Below are positions 36,691 to 48,575 of a stretch of DNA of 64,000 nt, piece by piece. This stretch comes from Podarcis pityusensis. Lineage: Eukaryota. Each line of letters begins with the position of its first letter. Positions within the stretch are counted from its first letter, which is position 1. The notes below the pieces were generated by a model. It did not search any database, was not told the DNA's origin, and was given only the letters and a program-made list of their open reading frames with translations. The stretch lies in the NCBI GenBank assembly GCA_964106645.2, contig OZ067039.1; one strand, 5' to 3'. Made by a program: the position numbers and the translations under genes.

Positions 36691-39117
36691 GCTATGAATT
36701 CCCCACATGACCTGGGACAAGCAACAATGTTTACACTTTAGATACCTATGACTAAAATAAAGGTATGTGGGTGCTTTTGGATCCACATGTATAACTAAAG
36801 GTGGATAATATACTTCATAATTTTGTTTACATCCCACAGATACACTGTAATTGAATTGTAAGAAGATATAATAGAAGGGGAAAGCTCATCCTGCAAGGGG
36901 CAGCGAGAAGTAATTTGGCACTCACCTCTCACTTTGTTATGTCTGCACTATTGCTGAAAATAAGCCAGAGAAATGGCTTTCTTATCTTACAGTACCTCAC
37001 CAGGACAACATCCTTACTAGAGGAACACTTCAAAGCACAGAGGAAACAGAGGACAGACAAAGAGAATAAATCATCGGGTAGACAAAAACATCGGTAAATG
37101 AAGGGTTTTGTGCTGTCATCTTATTTGCTGGAACTGTTTATGTTGTCTGTCCAGCCCAGCTAGGATATAAAGCCAAAGTGGCATTAATCCAGGTTTTTAC
37201 GTTTCTATGCACATATAGGCTTCATTTGTTACCATGCAGGGTGCAAACTTCCATTTCAAATGTGGCTATATAATGTCTCAATAAAGATTTATTATTCTAT
37301 ACATGCTTTGGGGGACAAAATAATAACTTAGGTCTATATATTTTAAGTTAGTTTGCTGGGTTTTAATATTTTTTTACATTATCTAGAAAGAAGGCTGATA
37401 CTACGGAATAGTAGCCCCACACAATGAACTATAAAAAACCACAGAAATATTTAATTCTGAGTCAATGAGAAATTTAAAAAATCTTACATAAACAGCCTTT
37501 TTCTAGTGCAACTCTTGTAGCTTACAATATAAATAGATTCTATTAGTCACTGGGGGCATTTAAATGATTCAAAGTAAGAGATTTTCATGTCTTATTAAGG
37601 TCACCACATTACATTACTAGAGTTTTAAGTTACATTCAAATTGTGTTGTGTTTTCATGCTAGTTTCCCCAAACGGGAAGTACTGCTGAACTCAGCTGTGC
37701 AATTCATTAGGAGCTGGCAGTGAAATAATGTTGTGGAGGAGAGGTGTAATCTCTTGTCCTTCACCATGCAGATAATCTGCCATCTGAAGTGTGGCTTCTC
37801 TGTAAACTCCTGGTCACACAGAAGCCTCTCCCTCTGGGAGAAGAGGCATTTGTGTGAATGACCCAGCTCACATGGGTAGTTTTCTACATAGTGGAGGTGA
37901 GGGGCTTATATTGGGGCCAAATCAACAGCAAGAATCGGGACTACCCCAAACACATATTGCAGATGAGCCTGAAAATCTCAGCTTTTCTTTAAAAGAAACC
38001 AAAAAGGCTTCTAGGCTATGTGGCTGTAAAGAAAGGCCTGTAAATATAACTGCACTAGGTAGTTGTGAGGAAAGATGATGGGCATCTTTAGGCATCTTTT
38101 GGATTCAGTCAGAGAGAAGGGGAAAACTCATACCTTAGCCCTTCTTTGTAGCTACCATTTATCTCCCTGTTACATACTGCTTTCTAGCCACCCCAGCTGC
38201 CTGTCTCTTCTGCCTTGCCCATGAAAAGACCCTTTTTTCTAAGCAGGCGACTGCTTATGAGGGGAGTTCCAACATGCACTAGTAGAGCAAATCCACCCCT
38301 CCTGTCAATACATCCACACTGTATCGAGCTCCACACCAGCTCGCCCTGTCCCACAAGATAAGTGGCAGTGACACACCTGCTGGGAAGCTAGCACTGCAGC
38401 TTTGCCCCATTGGGTGAGTCGCTACTGCTGGTATATTACTATACAACTTGTAACAAATGCTGCTATTATTGATCCAGAAAAACATTGATTTAGAATATCT
38501 GGATAGCCTTGTCCAAGTCCCTCATGCTTATGTAAACTCAGCAGTCTGCACACAGTAAATGTACAGGAGAGTAGCTTTGTGGATGCAATTTAGGGTAGTG
38601 GGGAAGAGTCATAGCTATCATTTCATTCAGCCATATACCATCGTTTCATTTATGGTTGAAAACTGAAAATATCAAACAGTGTTTTCATGGATGAATTCAA
38701 CTACTGATCCCTAAATATATGGAGCTGAGATTGTAGCTGTACCAGTTGCTGGCACTTCTGTGACTCAGGCTACTCTCATCTCTGTATCAACTCTGCCTTC
38801 TATACTGGCTCGTGGGAGAGGGCTGGCCGTTATTTGGGGCTACAGGGTTGTGACATATCCCACATAGGAACAGCTGTACACAAGGGGCTGGACTGCTCAG
38901 TCCCCAGGGGCATTGGCATGTGTGTGTTTGTTTGAATGCATTTATAATGGATTTATCACTTGGCCAGGCATGCCTTGGCCACAGCACAATGACAAGGAGG
39001 GTCCAGTGCTCATATTACAGGGGAAAGGTAGGGGGATCTTAATGAAATCTACAAATCCCACCCCTCTGACTGTCCCCAAATTTATATCTATTATGACCCC
39101 CACACAGATGCATTTTA

Positions 39118-39197
39118 CAGGGTGAGTCCTTTAAAAGAGGCCCTGTGGATACAGAGCACACATGTTTCACAGAGCCTCTTTTAAAAGACTCACGCTG
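39118..39197. mobile_element. 80-bp palindromic mariner-type MITE (Made1-like architecture)
   Basis: TA|CAGGGTGAGTC...GACTCACGCTG|TA; about 30-bp inverted arms with a short spacer. Confidence 0.7.
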
Positions 39198-41387
39198 TAG
39201 AACAGCAGCTGATGTGGTTAGCACAAAGGGCAAGGGGACAGGATACATCTGCCCCTGTAAGGCCCCACATCAGGGCAGACTGTCACAGCTGTTCCATCAT
39301 GGTTCACAGTTGCTTGCCCACATGTGAAGCTTCCAGGACACCTGGTAGAGGTTGAATCATGCCCACTTTGTAGAGATGTCCACATCCCACTAAAGGATTG
39401 AATATTCATTTTTAATGCTGAAGTAATAGGTGATTTAAAATCTTCCTACCCAAGCTTGATATGTCACTACTTATGAACTTCAGTACAGGTAGCTCATCTA
39501 CCTTCATGTGACTATAAATGTAGTAAAGTCAGGAAAACTCAGGATTCTAGAGACAGGACTGATTATACGAAACCCTACCAAATCTGGTCAAAGGGTTACA
39601 AAATTTCTAGGGGCATGAGATCCAAGTACATAAGACATTCAGACTGGATAAAATCTCCTCCAAAAACATTTTCTTAAACATTATCAAGTGAAATAGAGAA
39701 AATGGCACAAAGACATTAAAATTGGGGGGGGGGGGAGGGCAAGCATTAATGATTAATGAGGGCAAGCTGCATTCATCTGGTAGTGGTAAGTTAAAACTTG
39801 AGGACTGGCTAAAAGTACAAGGATTGTCAAAGGTTTTCTTCACTGCTGCAAAAAATTGGAAGTTTTTAAATACTAGGACAACACAAACTACAGCTAATTA
39901 TTTTGTTCAGCAAAAAATAAAAAGTAAACACAGAGTTTTCTATTTCTTAAGACAAAAATCTCTTTGTATGAGATAATGAATAAAAACCACTGGTTCAACA
40001 ACTAAGCAGCCTCTTGGGTAACAGCCACAATTGCAGAAATGTGTCTTTGGCAGGAGACAGCCAGAGTAACAGAAACAGATGGATAGTGTCGGAGAATGCA
40101 CATCAAAGAGGGACAAACAGCAACAGAGCAAAGAAAGTAAATTCAAAAACATGATGAAATTATATCTTACCATATAATATTTTTGTAAGAAAAAAGTCAT
40201 GCTGCAGTTTGTGTGGCTGCCAATAGGTGGCCATGAGAACTGCAGCGACAACAGCAGGCAGAGCAAGTGAGCAGAGCAGACAGGCTGGCAGCACAAGTGA
40301 GCGAGCTGGCAGAGCAAAACAGCAGGTGGGTTACCCAGGAAGGCCTTCCCATGTTCTGTCTGCAGCCACTGCCACCTGGGACGCCTGGGGTTTGAACGAG
40401 CAGGCAGGCAGTCCAGCAGAGTGAGCATGCACCCTGGCAGACCTTCATGTGCTCCCTGTCTTTGTTGCTGCTGCCCAGTGTTTGCCAAAAACTCCCCCCT
40501 CTCCTCACAACTTGCCTCAAACCACTGCAGTGTGAAGCAAAGGGGAGAAAGACTTTCTCCTCTTCATTCCCCTGTCGTCTGCAAGTGGCAGCAGGATCTT
40601 GGGATGAGGCAAGCTGTGAGGGTATGGGTATGTTTTGGGGGATGGGGATCTGCAACTGGGGTGGCAAAAGTTAGACAGATTAAATGAGGTGTGAGGGAAT
40701 GGGGAGCTTTGAGTGAAAAAGGGGACTGGCAAAGGGATTGGGGGAGTTGGCAAGCAATGTGACCCACAGCAACGCTCGCTAATGAAGATGATATTGTCAG
40801 ATATGTCCTATGAAGGGATAGTGATCTGACAAGCATGTGCAAATGAACTGACAACCATTACGTCCCATAGAATTGCCAGATTATGGCTTTAAACACACCA
40901 ACTTGGCTATGTATATTCTAAAACAAGGTATTAGTATCACTAGCCAATTACCAAAATCATTTCATAATCTGATAATTCTTTATACCTTTTCAATTTTTTT
41001 CTCCATCCTTAGTAAAACAATTATTATCATAACCACAATTTCAAAAGAAAGATGATCCACAGACTGATCTAATGGCATATTGTCTGCCTCTTTTATCCTT
41101 TTGCATATCGTTTCTCATATATGAAATTTTCATCTGGTTACCCTAACTTAGCCTCTTGTGTCTGCCCTGCCTGTGTGCTGTAATGGAATGGAAAATGAAA
41201 TGATAAATTTTAATAGCAATGAGTATTTTGGACACCTTTTTATACCTTATTCGTATTAAATACAAACTTATCCTTAAGGCAGGAAGTATAGCTTGAATAT
41301 AAACAAATAATGCCTACATCACACTTATTAAAGTTTCTTTCCAAAAGGTAGCATACATATTTTGAGAAAACAAAAGCTGTATCATAC

Positions 41388-43976
41388 CTGGACCAAGCAG
41401 CGGGGACCGGTTTGACTGGGCACTTGACTGGTGCGGTGGCTGAGGTTCAGCCATGTTTGCGTTGATAATGGTGGTGCTAGTGGTGGCGGTTGTGGTACTG
41501 CTCTGGATTACAGGATTGTTTCTATCCCACATGTTTACAGTCTTGTTGTTATTGTAATTTGGGTCACCCCAAGCTGAGGTACCATCATCAATCTCCATCT
41601 TGCGCCGAATGGATGGTGGAGAGGGCTCTTCCCACCCCGTTGCTTCACTACTATCTTTCTGTTTGGCTGGCACTGGTCCACCAACCCATCCTGATCCAGT
41701 CTGTTTAACAGAAGCAGCTCCTCCCCAATTACTCACGTTGTTGTCCTGGGATTTAGAAGCCCAATTCTGTTGAGGACCAGGTTTTAAAGATTCCCCCCAG
41801 CTCGTACCTGTATTAGCCTTGCTGTTTGTGCCATTTCCCCATCCAGTGGTCCCAGAACGTGTAGTATCATTCCAGCCAGACCCTGCTCTATTGTCAGCAT
41901 CCCATCCAGAACCATTCTTTTTCCCATCTCCCAAGTGTCCAGGGACAGATGAGGAATCAACCCAATCTCCACCCCCTGAAGTCCAGCCTGGATTCGATTT
42001 CTGTCCATCTCCCCAGTTTTGAGATTTGGGTTTCTGAGGTTCACCCCAAGTAGGCGACTTGTCCTCCTGATTTGTGGTCCCACTCCAAGTGTGGCCACTT
42101 TTGGCAGCAGCAGCATTATTGACAGCAGTAGAACTTGCCGGCTCTCCCCATCCCCCTGGGCCATTTGGCGCTTTGTTATTGTTGTCGCCCCAACCTGTAT
42201 TAGTTGGAACTGTTGCAGGTGGAGAGCTGACCCACCCAGATACTGAAGAGGTATTTGTACTGTTCATGATGGACCCATCATTCTTGCCCCCCGAGTTTGA
42301 AGGCTGAGTAGCTGCACAACCCCAGGCCTCAGTTCCATTGTCATTCTTTCGTTCAGACCTTGGGGATTCTTCAAATTCCCAGGCAGTGTTTTGTTTTACA
42401 GGAGTCTGTCCCCATCCAGTGTTGGACAGAACCCTTGGGTCAAGGTCATTCCTTGGCAACTGGACTTGTCCTTGGTCTAGCATTCCCTTGTCTCTTCTTC
42501 GAGCCTCTCCAGTTCCTTCCCTCCCAGTACTGCCTTCATTCTGACTCCCATTGCTATCATTACTGCCTTCACTACCTGTGTTGCCAGATGCTGCAGCTTT
42601 GGCCCAAGAGTTTATTTGTTCATTGCCCTGCTGCATGGCAGGATTCTGGCTGGTAACACTAGAGCTATCCCACCCTGTTGATCCTTTCCCATTGATGTCA
42701 TTACTGGAATGCTGGTTTGGGGGCTTGCTCCATTCACCATTAACGCCATTACTGGTGCTGCGGCTTGGGTGGCCCCAAGCACCAGAATGCATATTACCAA
42801 CGCCACTGTTGCCACTGCCCCTGCCCCATGCTAAGATCCCAGGACCAGCAGGAGGCCCCGAATCCCATGCACTTGTTCCATTCCCTTCCTTTTGTACAGC
42901 ACTGCTGGATCCATTTTGTTTAGCACTTAATGCTGAGTTCACAGTGTCTCCATTCCCCTGACTGAACCCAGAATTGCTGTTTCCTGTGGCAGGATTACCT
43001 GGGGATATCCCCCACACTGAATTGCCCCTTCCTTCACCACTTCCCCCACTGACTTGAGAAACTGATGTCCCATTAGCACCAGGAAGGCTTTGCAGGTGGG
43101 GCGGAATGATGGCCCCCATGCCAACAGCCATGCCCCAGTTCGGCAGTCCATTTGTCTGCATTGCATTGATAGGGTTTGGTGAAGAGTTCATNNNNNNNNN
43201 NNNNNNNNNNNNNNNNNNNNNNNNNNNNNNNNNNNNNNNNNNNNNNNNNNNNNNNNNNNNNNNNNNNNNNNNNNNNNNNNNNNNNNNNNNNNNNNNNNNN
43301 NNNNNNNNNNNNNNNNNNNNNNNNNNNNNNNTCCCATTCTGGTTGCCCATGTTCTGACCTATGGCACTGACTGGACTGCAAATACTGGAAGGGTTGCCTG
43401 CTCCCACAGTTCCTTCATGTCCGAGTACAGGCCAGGCAGCTGGATTGGCATTTGGATTAAGGTTAAGATTAATGCCAGCATTTGAGTTGGAAGCACCCCA
43501 GCAATTTTGACTTCTACCATCTCCAATCATGTTGTCCATCTTTCCATCCCCACCACTGGCAGAGCAATGAGCTAAGCCAGAGTTGGAACCTGTGGCAACA
43601 CCCCACACTCTGGCTGAATTTCCATTACCATTTGCTCCACCAGCTCCAAGGGCACTCTGGTTAGAAGTGCTTTGGATGAGTGCTCCATTGGTGCCATTAT
43701 TGCCATTGGGTTTCTTTGTATGTCCAGTGAAGTTGCCTTGGGCACTCCCTGTAGCCATGCTACTGTTCTCTGAGCCACAGTTGGAGGCAGAGTCAGTGTC
43801 TGTAGTACATTCTGAGGCAGATTCAGTCTCAGTTCCTGTAATGGAAGGCCACGCTTCCTTGTCAGTCCTGTCTATTATCACTTTATCCCAGCTGCAATTG
43901 GCTTCACTTCGGAAAGTGGGCTGCTGTCCCCAGTGAGTATTCTCATAATGGTCTCCCAATCCGCTGTGACCAAGGT
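41388..43976 (-). CDS. TNRC6C: TNRC6C large GW/WG-repeat exon (Argonaute-binding region), 2589 nt including a 140-N run
   Basis: Core of the 900-aa ORF; acceptor ttttcag|AC, donor CCAG|gtatga. Includes MATGSAQGNF (ATG at 43758) and the Ago-binding motif GWEEPSPPSIRRKMEIDDGTSAWGDP. Confidence 0.97.
43192..43331. other. N-run (140 nt) inside the large coding exon
   Basis: The reading frame is preserved across it. Confidence 0.95.
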
Positions 43977-46039
43977 CTGAAAAATTAAACATGATGTAAA
44001 TTAGTCTGCTATCCAATGACCCAGATACATCAGTTGAACTCTGGCTTGATTGTTATGTTTACATTCTTTATAGTCCATTATAGTCTAGCTTATGGGTAGG
44101 GGTTCCCAACTTTCACTAAGCCCTTGGAGAAGCACGGCTTGTGAATACAAACAAATTCTTCAATAAGCATAATAATGCATTTTGAATTCTAGGTTCTGAA
44201 AAAACAAGTATGTTCAGTGCTAAGACACAAAGGATTTACATGCAGACAATAGTACTATTTCTCTTTTATTAGGTTGCACTAATAAGGTCAGATATAATAA
44301 GCAATACTTTGGGGCATGCAATTTCCAATATTTTCCTATATGCCACATACATTTTAAGCTGAACTATTAAATGGGAACTAGAAATGAAAGAAAAAATCTA
44401 CAAAACCAATCAAGCGTATTCTGTGGTCAACGAACAGTTATTCATGCCTTGTTAAATTTAGAAACAGAGATAAAAACTTCACTGTGAGGACTGATTTCCA
44501 ATATTAAAATACTTCTCAAACATATGAGTTGTTATCACTTTCAGTTGTATGTTTTCACTGCATGAAATGAAATCAAAGAAATGCTTTAGAAAGTATTATC
44601 ACTGTAAACTAAGACTTTGATGACACGTCTGGTACTCGTTGGCATACATACTATCACTCTAGCACAGAAGGTGGAGCCACACATAGTGCTGATGCACAGG
44701 ACTGGGTCTCTTCAAACAGGAGCCAACATACTAGTCCACATCACAGCAAAGGACAGGCCTAGGCTCTTAGACCAAGGCCACAGATTAGAAATCACAAGGT
44801 ATAATAGAGAGAACCGCTTGTAAATAGCTGCAGGATTGAGGCCTTTCATTCATTTCATATATATGAACAATCAAAAAGATGGGTGCTTTAAAAAAAAGGT
44901 AACCATGACGGTAGTTAATAATGAAGATCACTTACATTTTGTACTATAGCACTGATAGCTATTAAATATGAATTGCATGTTCTGTACTTGTCATATATGA
45001 TTTGGGACTTTAAAATGATACTTGATTGACAGGCCAATCTCCCTCTACAAATAAGCTGGATCTTCTCAAACAGCTGTTACACTGTGCCTCGTCCAGATAT
45101 AAGCCAGCCCCTAAACTGTTAATGCTGTAGGTTTCGACAATTTGAGTTTTTTTAAGACTGATGTGACAAAATTCCACAATTCTAAATTGGGGCAACAATA
45201 ACTTCCCTGCCGGAAATAAAAAGTAATCAGTACCATGACCTCAATGAACATTTTAATGTAACTCCAAGATCTGATATCATAATCAGTATTTTAAATGATC
45301 AAAACATATCAGAAAGCAATCTCGAAATCAGAGTGAAAATGTAACCTTATGAAGAAAAACATGGACGTTCACTATAAATGTGCATCCTGGAACAAAAAAA
45401 CTCCATTCAAATTCAATGGGAAATGGTTAAGCTTGTATGTTTACCAACATGAACAGACATTGACTGATTTGATCAGCACTTAGATCTGAGGTCAGAACTA
45501 ATCTCAAAACTAGTACAAATTTGAAAGCATCCAAAAAGTCAGCTTCTTTCTATTTGTTTCTTTCATTCTAGTAGCTGAAATACTTGTTTATGCAGTCAGA
45601 AATTCAAAAAGCACAAACATTTAAGTGGGAATCTGTCCTGCAAGTTTGCTTTCACAACAACACTGACTCCATAAATGCTGAAGCTGTCAAGACTTTCCCA
45701 GAAAGGCATATGCAAATGTGGAAGGGTTAAGAGATGAGAACGCTAAATAAAACAGCTTTATTTAGAGACAAAATCCAAAATTAGGCAACACATGTGGAAA
45801 AGCCTATTACTCTTTTAATTTTCTTCACTACGGTATGCTACAAAGTATGTTCCGTCTGATGTGGGAACCTTTAATGCGTTCAGAAAAAGAGCTGAGCAGC
45901 GTAAAAAAGAGCATTCTTCATTATTAGATAGTGAGTACTCCATGAAACACTAACACTCCAAAACCAAACAGCAGTAGATAATGACAAATAACAACTTCAT
46001 TTTTTTGCCCAGCGCAGCATATCTTTAGCAAGCAGCTCT

Positions 46040-46880
46040 TTCTCTGAGGACGCCATTTTATCAAACCTGAAAGGCAGCCAGAAGCTTAGGACGCTGTGCT
46101 GCTGCTGCTGTCTCTGAAACATTATGTAATAAACTGATTTAGCAGAAGCAGATGCCATTTGCCCCCTCCCCCCCCCCTTGCTGCTCTATAGGGGCCAACG
46201 AGTAATGAAATACCTGAGAAAAGGTGCTGCCCAACCATCCTAGGAGACGCTACATTGTGTGCAGAGCTGTCTCCCCTCCTGCATCTAGGTTCGCCTGGGC
46301 TCTCGGCTTCAATATGTCGGCTGTGTACAGAGTGAGCCTCATCCTGTAGAGCTGCCAAGAAAATCGCTCAGTGCAAGTGTGCGCCCAGACAACCTGCAAG
46401 CTTGCTCAGGCCCTAGCTGTGCTGGCTTTGGAAATGCCCTTTCCTCGCAGGGAGACTCCTACCCCCACCTCCAGCAGCACACAGCCCCCTTCACTCTGGG
46501 TAAGGTATCAACAGATGAGGATTTTAAAGCTTTGATTATCTAATTGCAGCTGACACTAAACCGATCTTCCTTCCTCTTTAAATTCTTTCAACTGTCACAA
46601 AACATTTTCACTTCGAGACCTAGCCACAATTAGCACGGTGGCTGCTTTTCTTCTGGTTTTTGAAAGTCAGCCAAAAGAACAGCCGCATATTGCCGATTGG
46701 CTGCATGCAAATACATTCCTGCCTCCTTCATGTTTCCATCCTCTTCTTTCCTTCTCTAAACAGCAGTGCTACACACACTTGGCATACCAGCACTAACTAC
46801 AATACTGGGGACAAACCTTATATAGAACCTGGCAAGCCTCCAGGTGCTTAATTACTTCTCTGCCTTTATCGCGAAAGCTG
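46040..46880. promoter_or_regulatory. Candidate intronic promoter/enhancer
   Basis: Locally CpG-richer with no repeat I recognise; YY1-type CGCCATTTT at 46051, CCAAT box (GATTGG 46695-46700) next to octamer ATGCAAAT (46705-46712). Confidence 0.35.
46214..46351 (-). CDS. Candidate alternative TNRC6C exon (138 nt, in frame; internal ATG gives MVGQHLFS)
   Basis: ttttcttggcag|CT acceptor, TCAG|gtattt donor, stop-free in phase 1-1, strong Kozak aggATGG at 46238. Confidence 0.45.
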
Positions 46881-48236
46881 AAAACATGCAAGTCTATTAA
46901 AAATCACAGCTTCTATTTGTGAGCGTACAGCATTGTCACTGCGTGCTCAAACAATACATTATAGGCTGTAAGTGCTTTTCCCTCTCGCAATTTCAAAGCA
47001 TGGAATGGCAGAGGGAACTCTTTTACTGCTGCTTAAAGTTCATTGTCAGCCTTCCTAGATTTTGAGAGCAAATCAGGTGATTTATAGCATACAAGCTATG
47101 AATTATGGTGCCATCAATCTATCCAGCCTTTAAGACTATAAAATCGACCACCAATAGGGATTACTACTAATAATATAGTTGTCCTAGCATAGGATAAGTA
47201 CTCCCAGAAGTAACTAAAATATGCATCAACTTGCCACAGCGGATCTCATAGGAGAAGAATCAGCTGCAATTATTCAGAAACAAAAAAGTTAAATTGCACA
47301 CAAAACATTATCTAGCTCCTAAAAATATAAACATAAAACTGCACCAAGCATATGAAGGAACATAGCCAACATTCTGTGAATTTAAGATATATATACTGTA
47401 AATTTAAAAAGTAAGTTTCTAGCCCATAAGAGTTATATGCTAGGCTCAAAAATGAGCAGGCATTGCTAATGGAAGTAGCCAGAGGAGCTGTTGAGAAAGG
47501 AGAAAGATTTCCAGTGGCCAGAACTTCAAATGTCCTGCAGTCTTCAGCATGCAAGGGTTCATTTACCTGCACAGTGTACTGTCCTCTGTGTAACTGAAAA
47601 AAGCATGTAAAATTAAAAATGCAAATGTGCTTAGTCTGCATGAATTTGCCTGCAAATTTCTACATCCTGAAGCCTATATGCATTTAGGTTACTTTGGCAC
47701 CATTTTTAAGTGCAGGGTATACATGGCCAACAATCTCTTTTATTAAATGACACTGTATCACTGATGTCTCTTTGAACATTTAGTCATAAGCAGCTGCCAC
47801 CAATTCCTCAGTCGTTGCAACTGCTTTACCTTCTCTTAAGAATTTATATTTTTGGGTTTCAGTATTTTCTTTAATTTTTTTGCTCTCATTTTGCAAATTC
47901 TTGGATTCTCTTTTCTGTAAATTTTATTTTTCTTTTAAAAGTATTTCTGTACCACCTTCTCATAATCTAACAACAATATTAAAAAATTATAAAACTTTTT
48001 TTAAAAAACAGATCAAATACTGCATAGGCCTGTCAGTGTAAGAAAGTCTTCAAGAGACACCTGAAAGCCTAAAGCAAGGATGCCTGCAGATGCCCACAGG
48101 ATGGGCTGGTGACACTGAATATCACCTTGAACCACTGGGTTGGTGGCTTGTTAGGTTTCCCCATCCCAAGGCTGTCAATGTGTGTAAATGACTAATTGAA
48201 GGAGGGAGGTGCAAATATATCAGATATGTCAACATA

Positions 48237-48575
48237 CAGTGGTGCCTCGCAAGACGAAATTAATTCGTTCTGCGAGTTTTTTCGTCTTGCGAGTTTTTTC
48301 GTCTTGCGAAGCACAGTTTCCCAAAGTCTTCAAAATCACCAAAGTCTTCAAAAACCTCAAAAAAGGCTACCACACCGCGTGCTATGAGTTGCTCCTCGAA
48401 GTCACCCTGGGTATTAACGGTTTTAAGAAAAAGGAAACAAACTTGCAAGACGTTTTCGTCTTGTGAAGCAAGCCCATAGGGAAATTCGTCTTGCGAAGCA
48501 ACTCAAAAAACGAAAAACTCTTTCGTCTTGCGAGTTTTTCGTCTGGCGAGGCATTCGTCTTGCGAGGTACCACTG
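48237..48575. mobile_element. Tc1/mariner MITE with subterminal TTCGTCTTGCGA repeats
   Basis: TIR CAGTGGT(G/A)CCTCGCAAGACGAA, TA TSD, about 7 copies of the motif. Confidence 0.88.

Noticed and set aside
39940-40854. Long ORFs of 156-182 aa
   Set aside because: Low-complexity, repeat-like sequence with no recognisable domain or phase-compatible splice sites.
41490-43936. Overlapping plus-strand and alternative-frame ORFs
   Set aside because: Shadows of the large GW exon with no independent protein signal.
43977-44016. N-terminal extension MDSRLIYIMFNFS of the 900-aa ORF
   Set aside because: Intronic read-through upstream of the acceptor; the same applies to ORF-track extensions at other exons.
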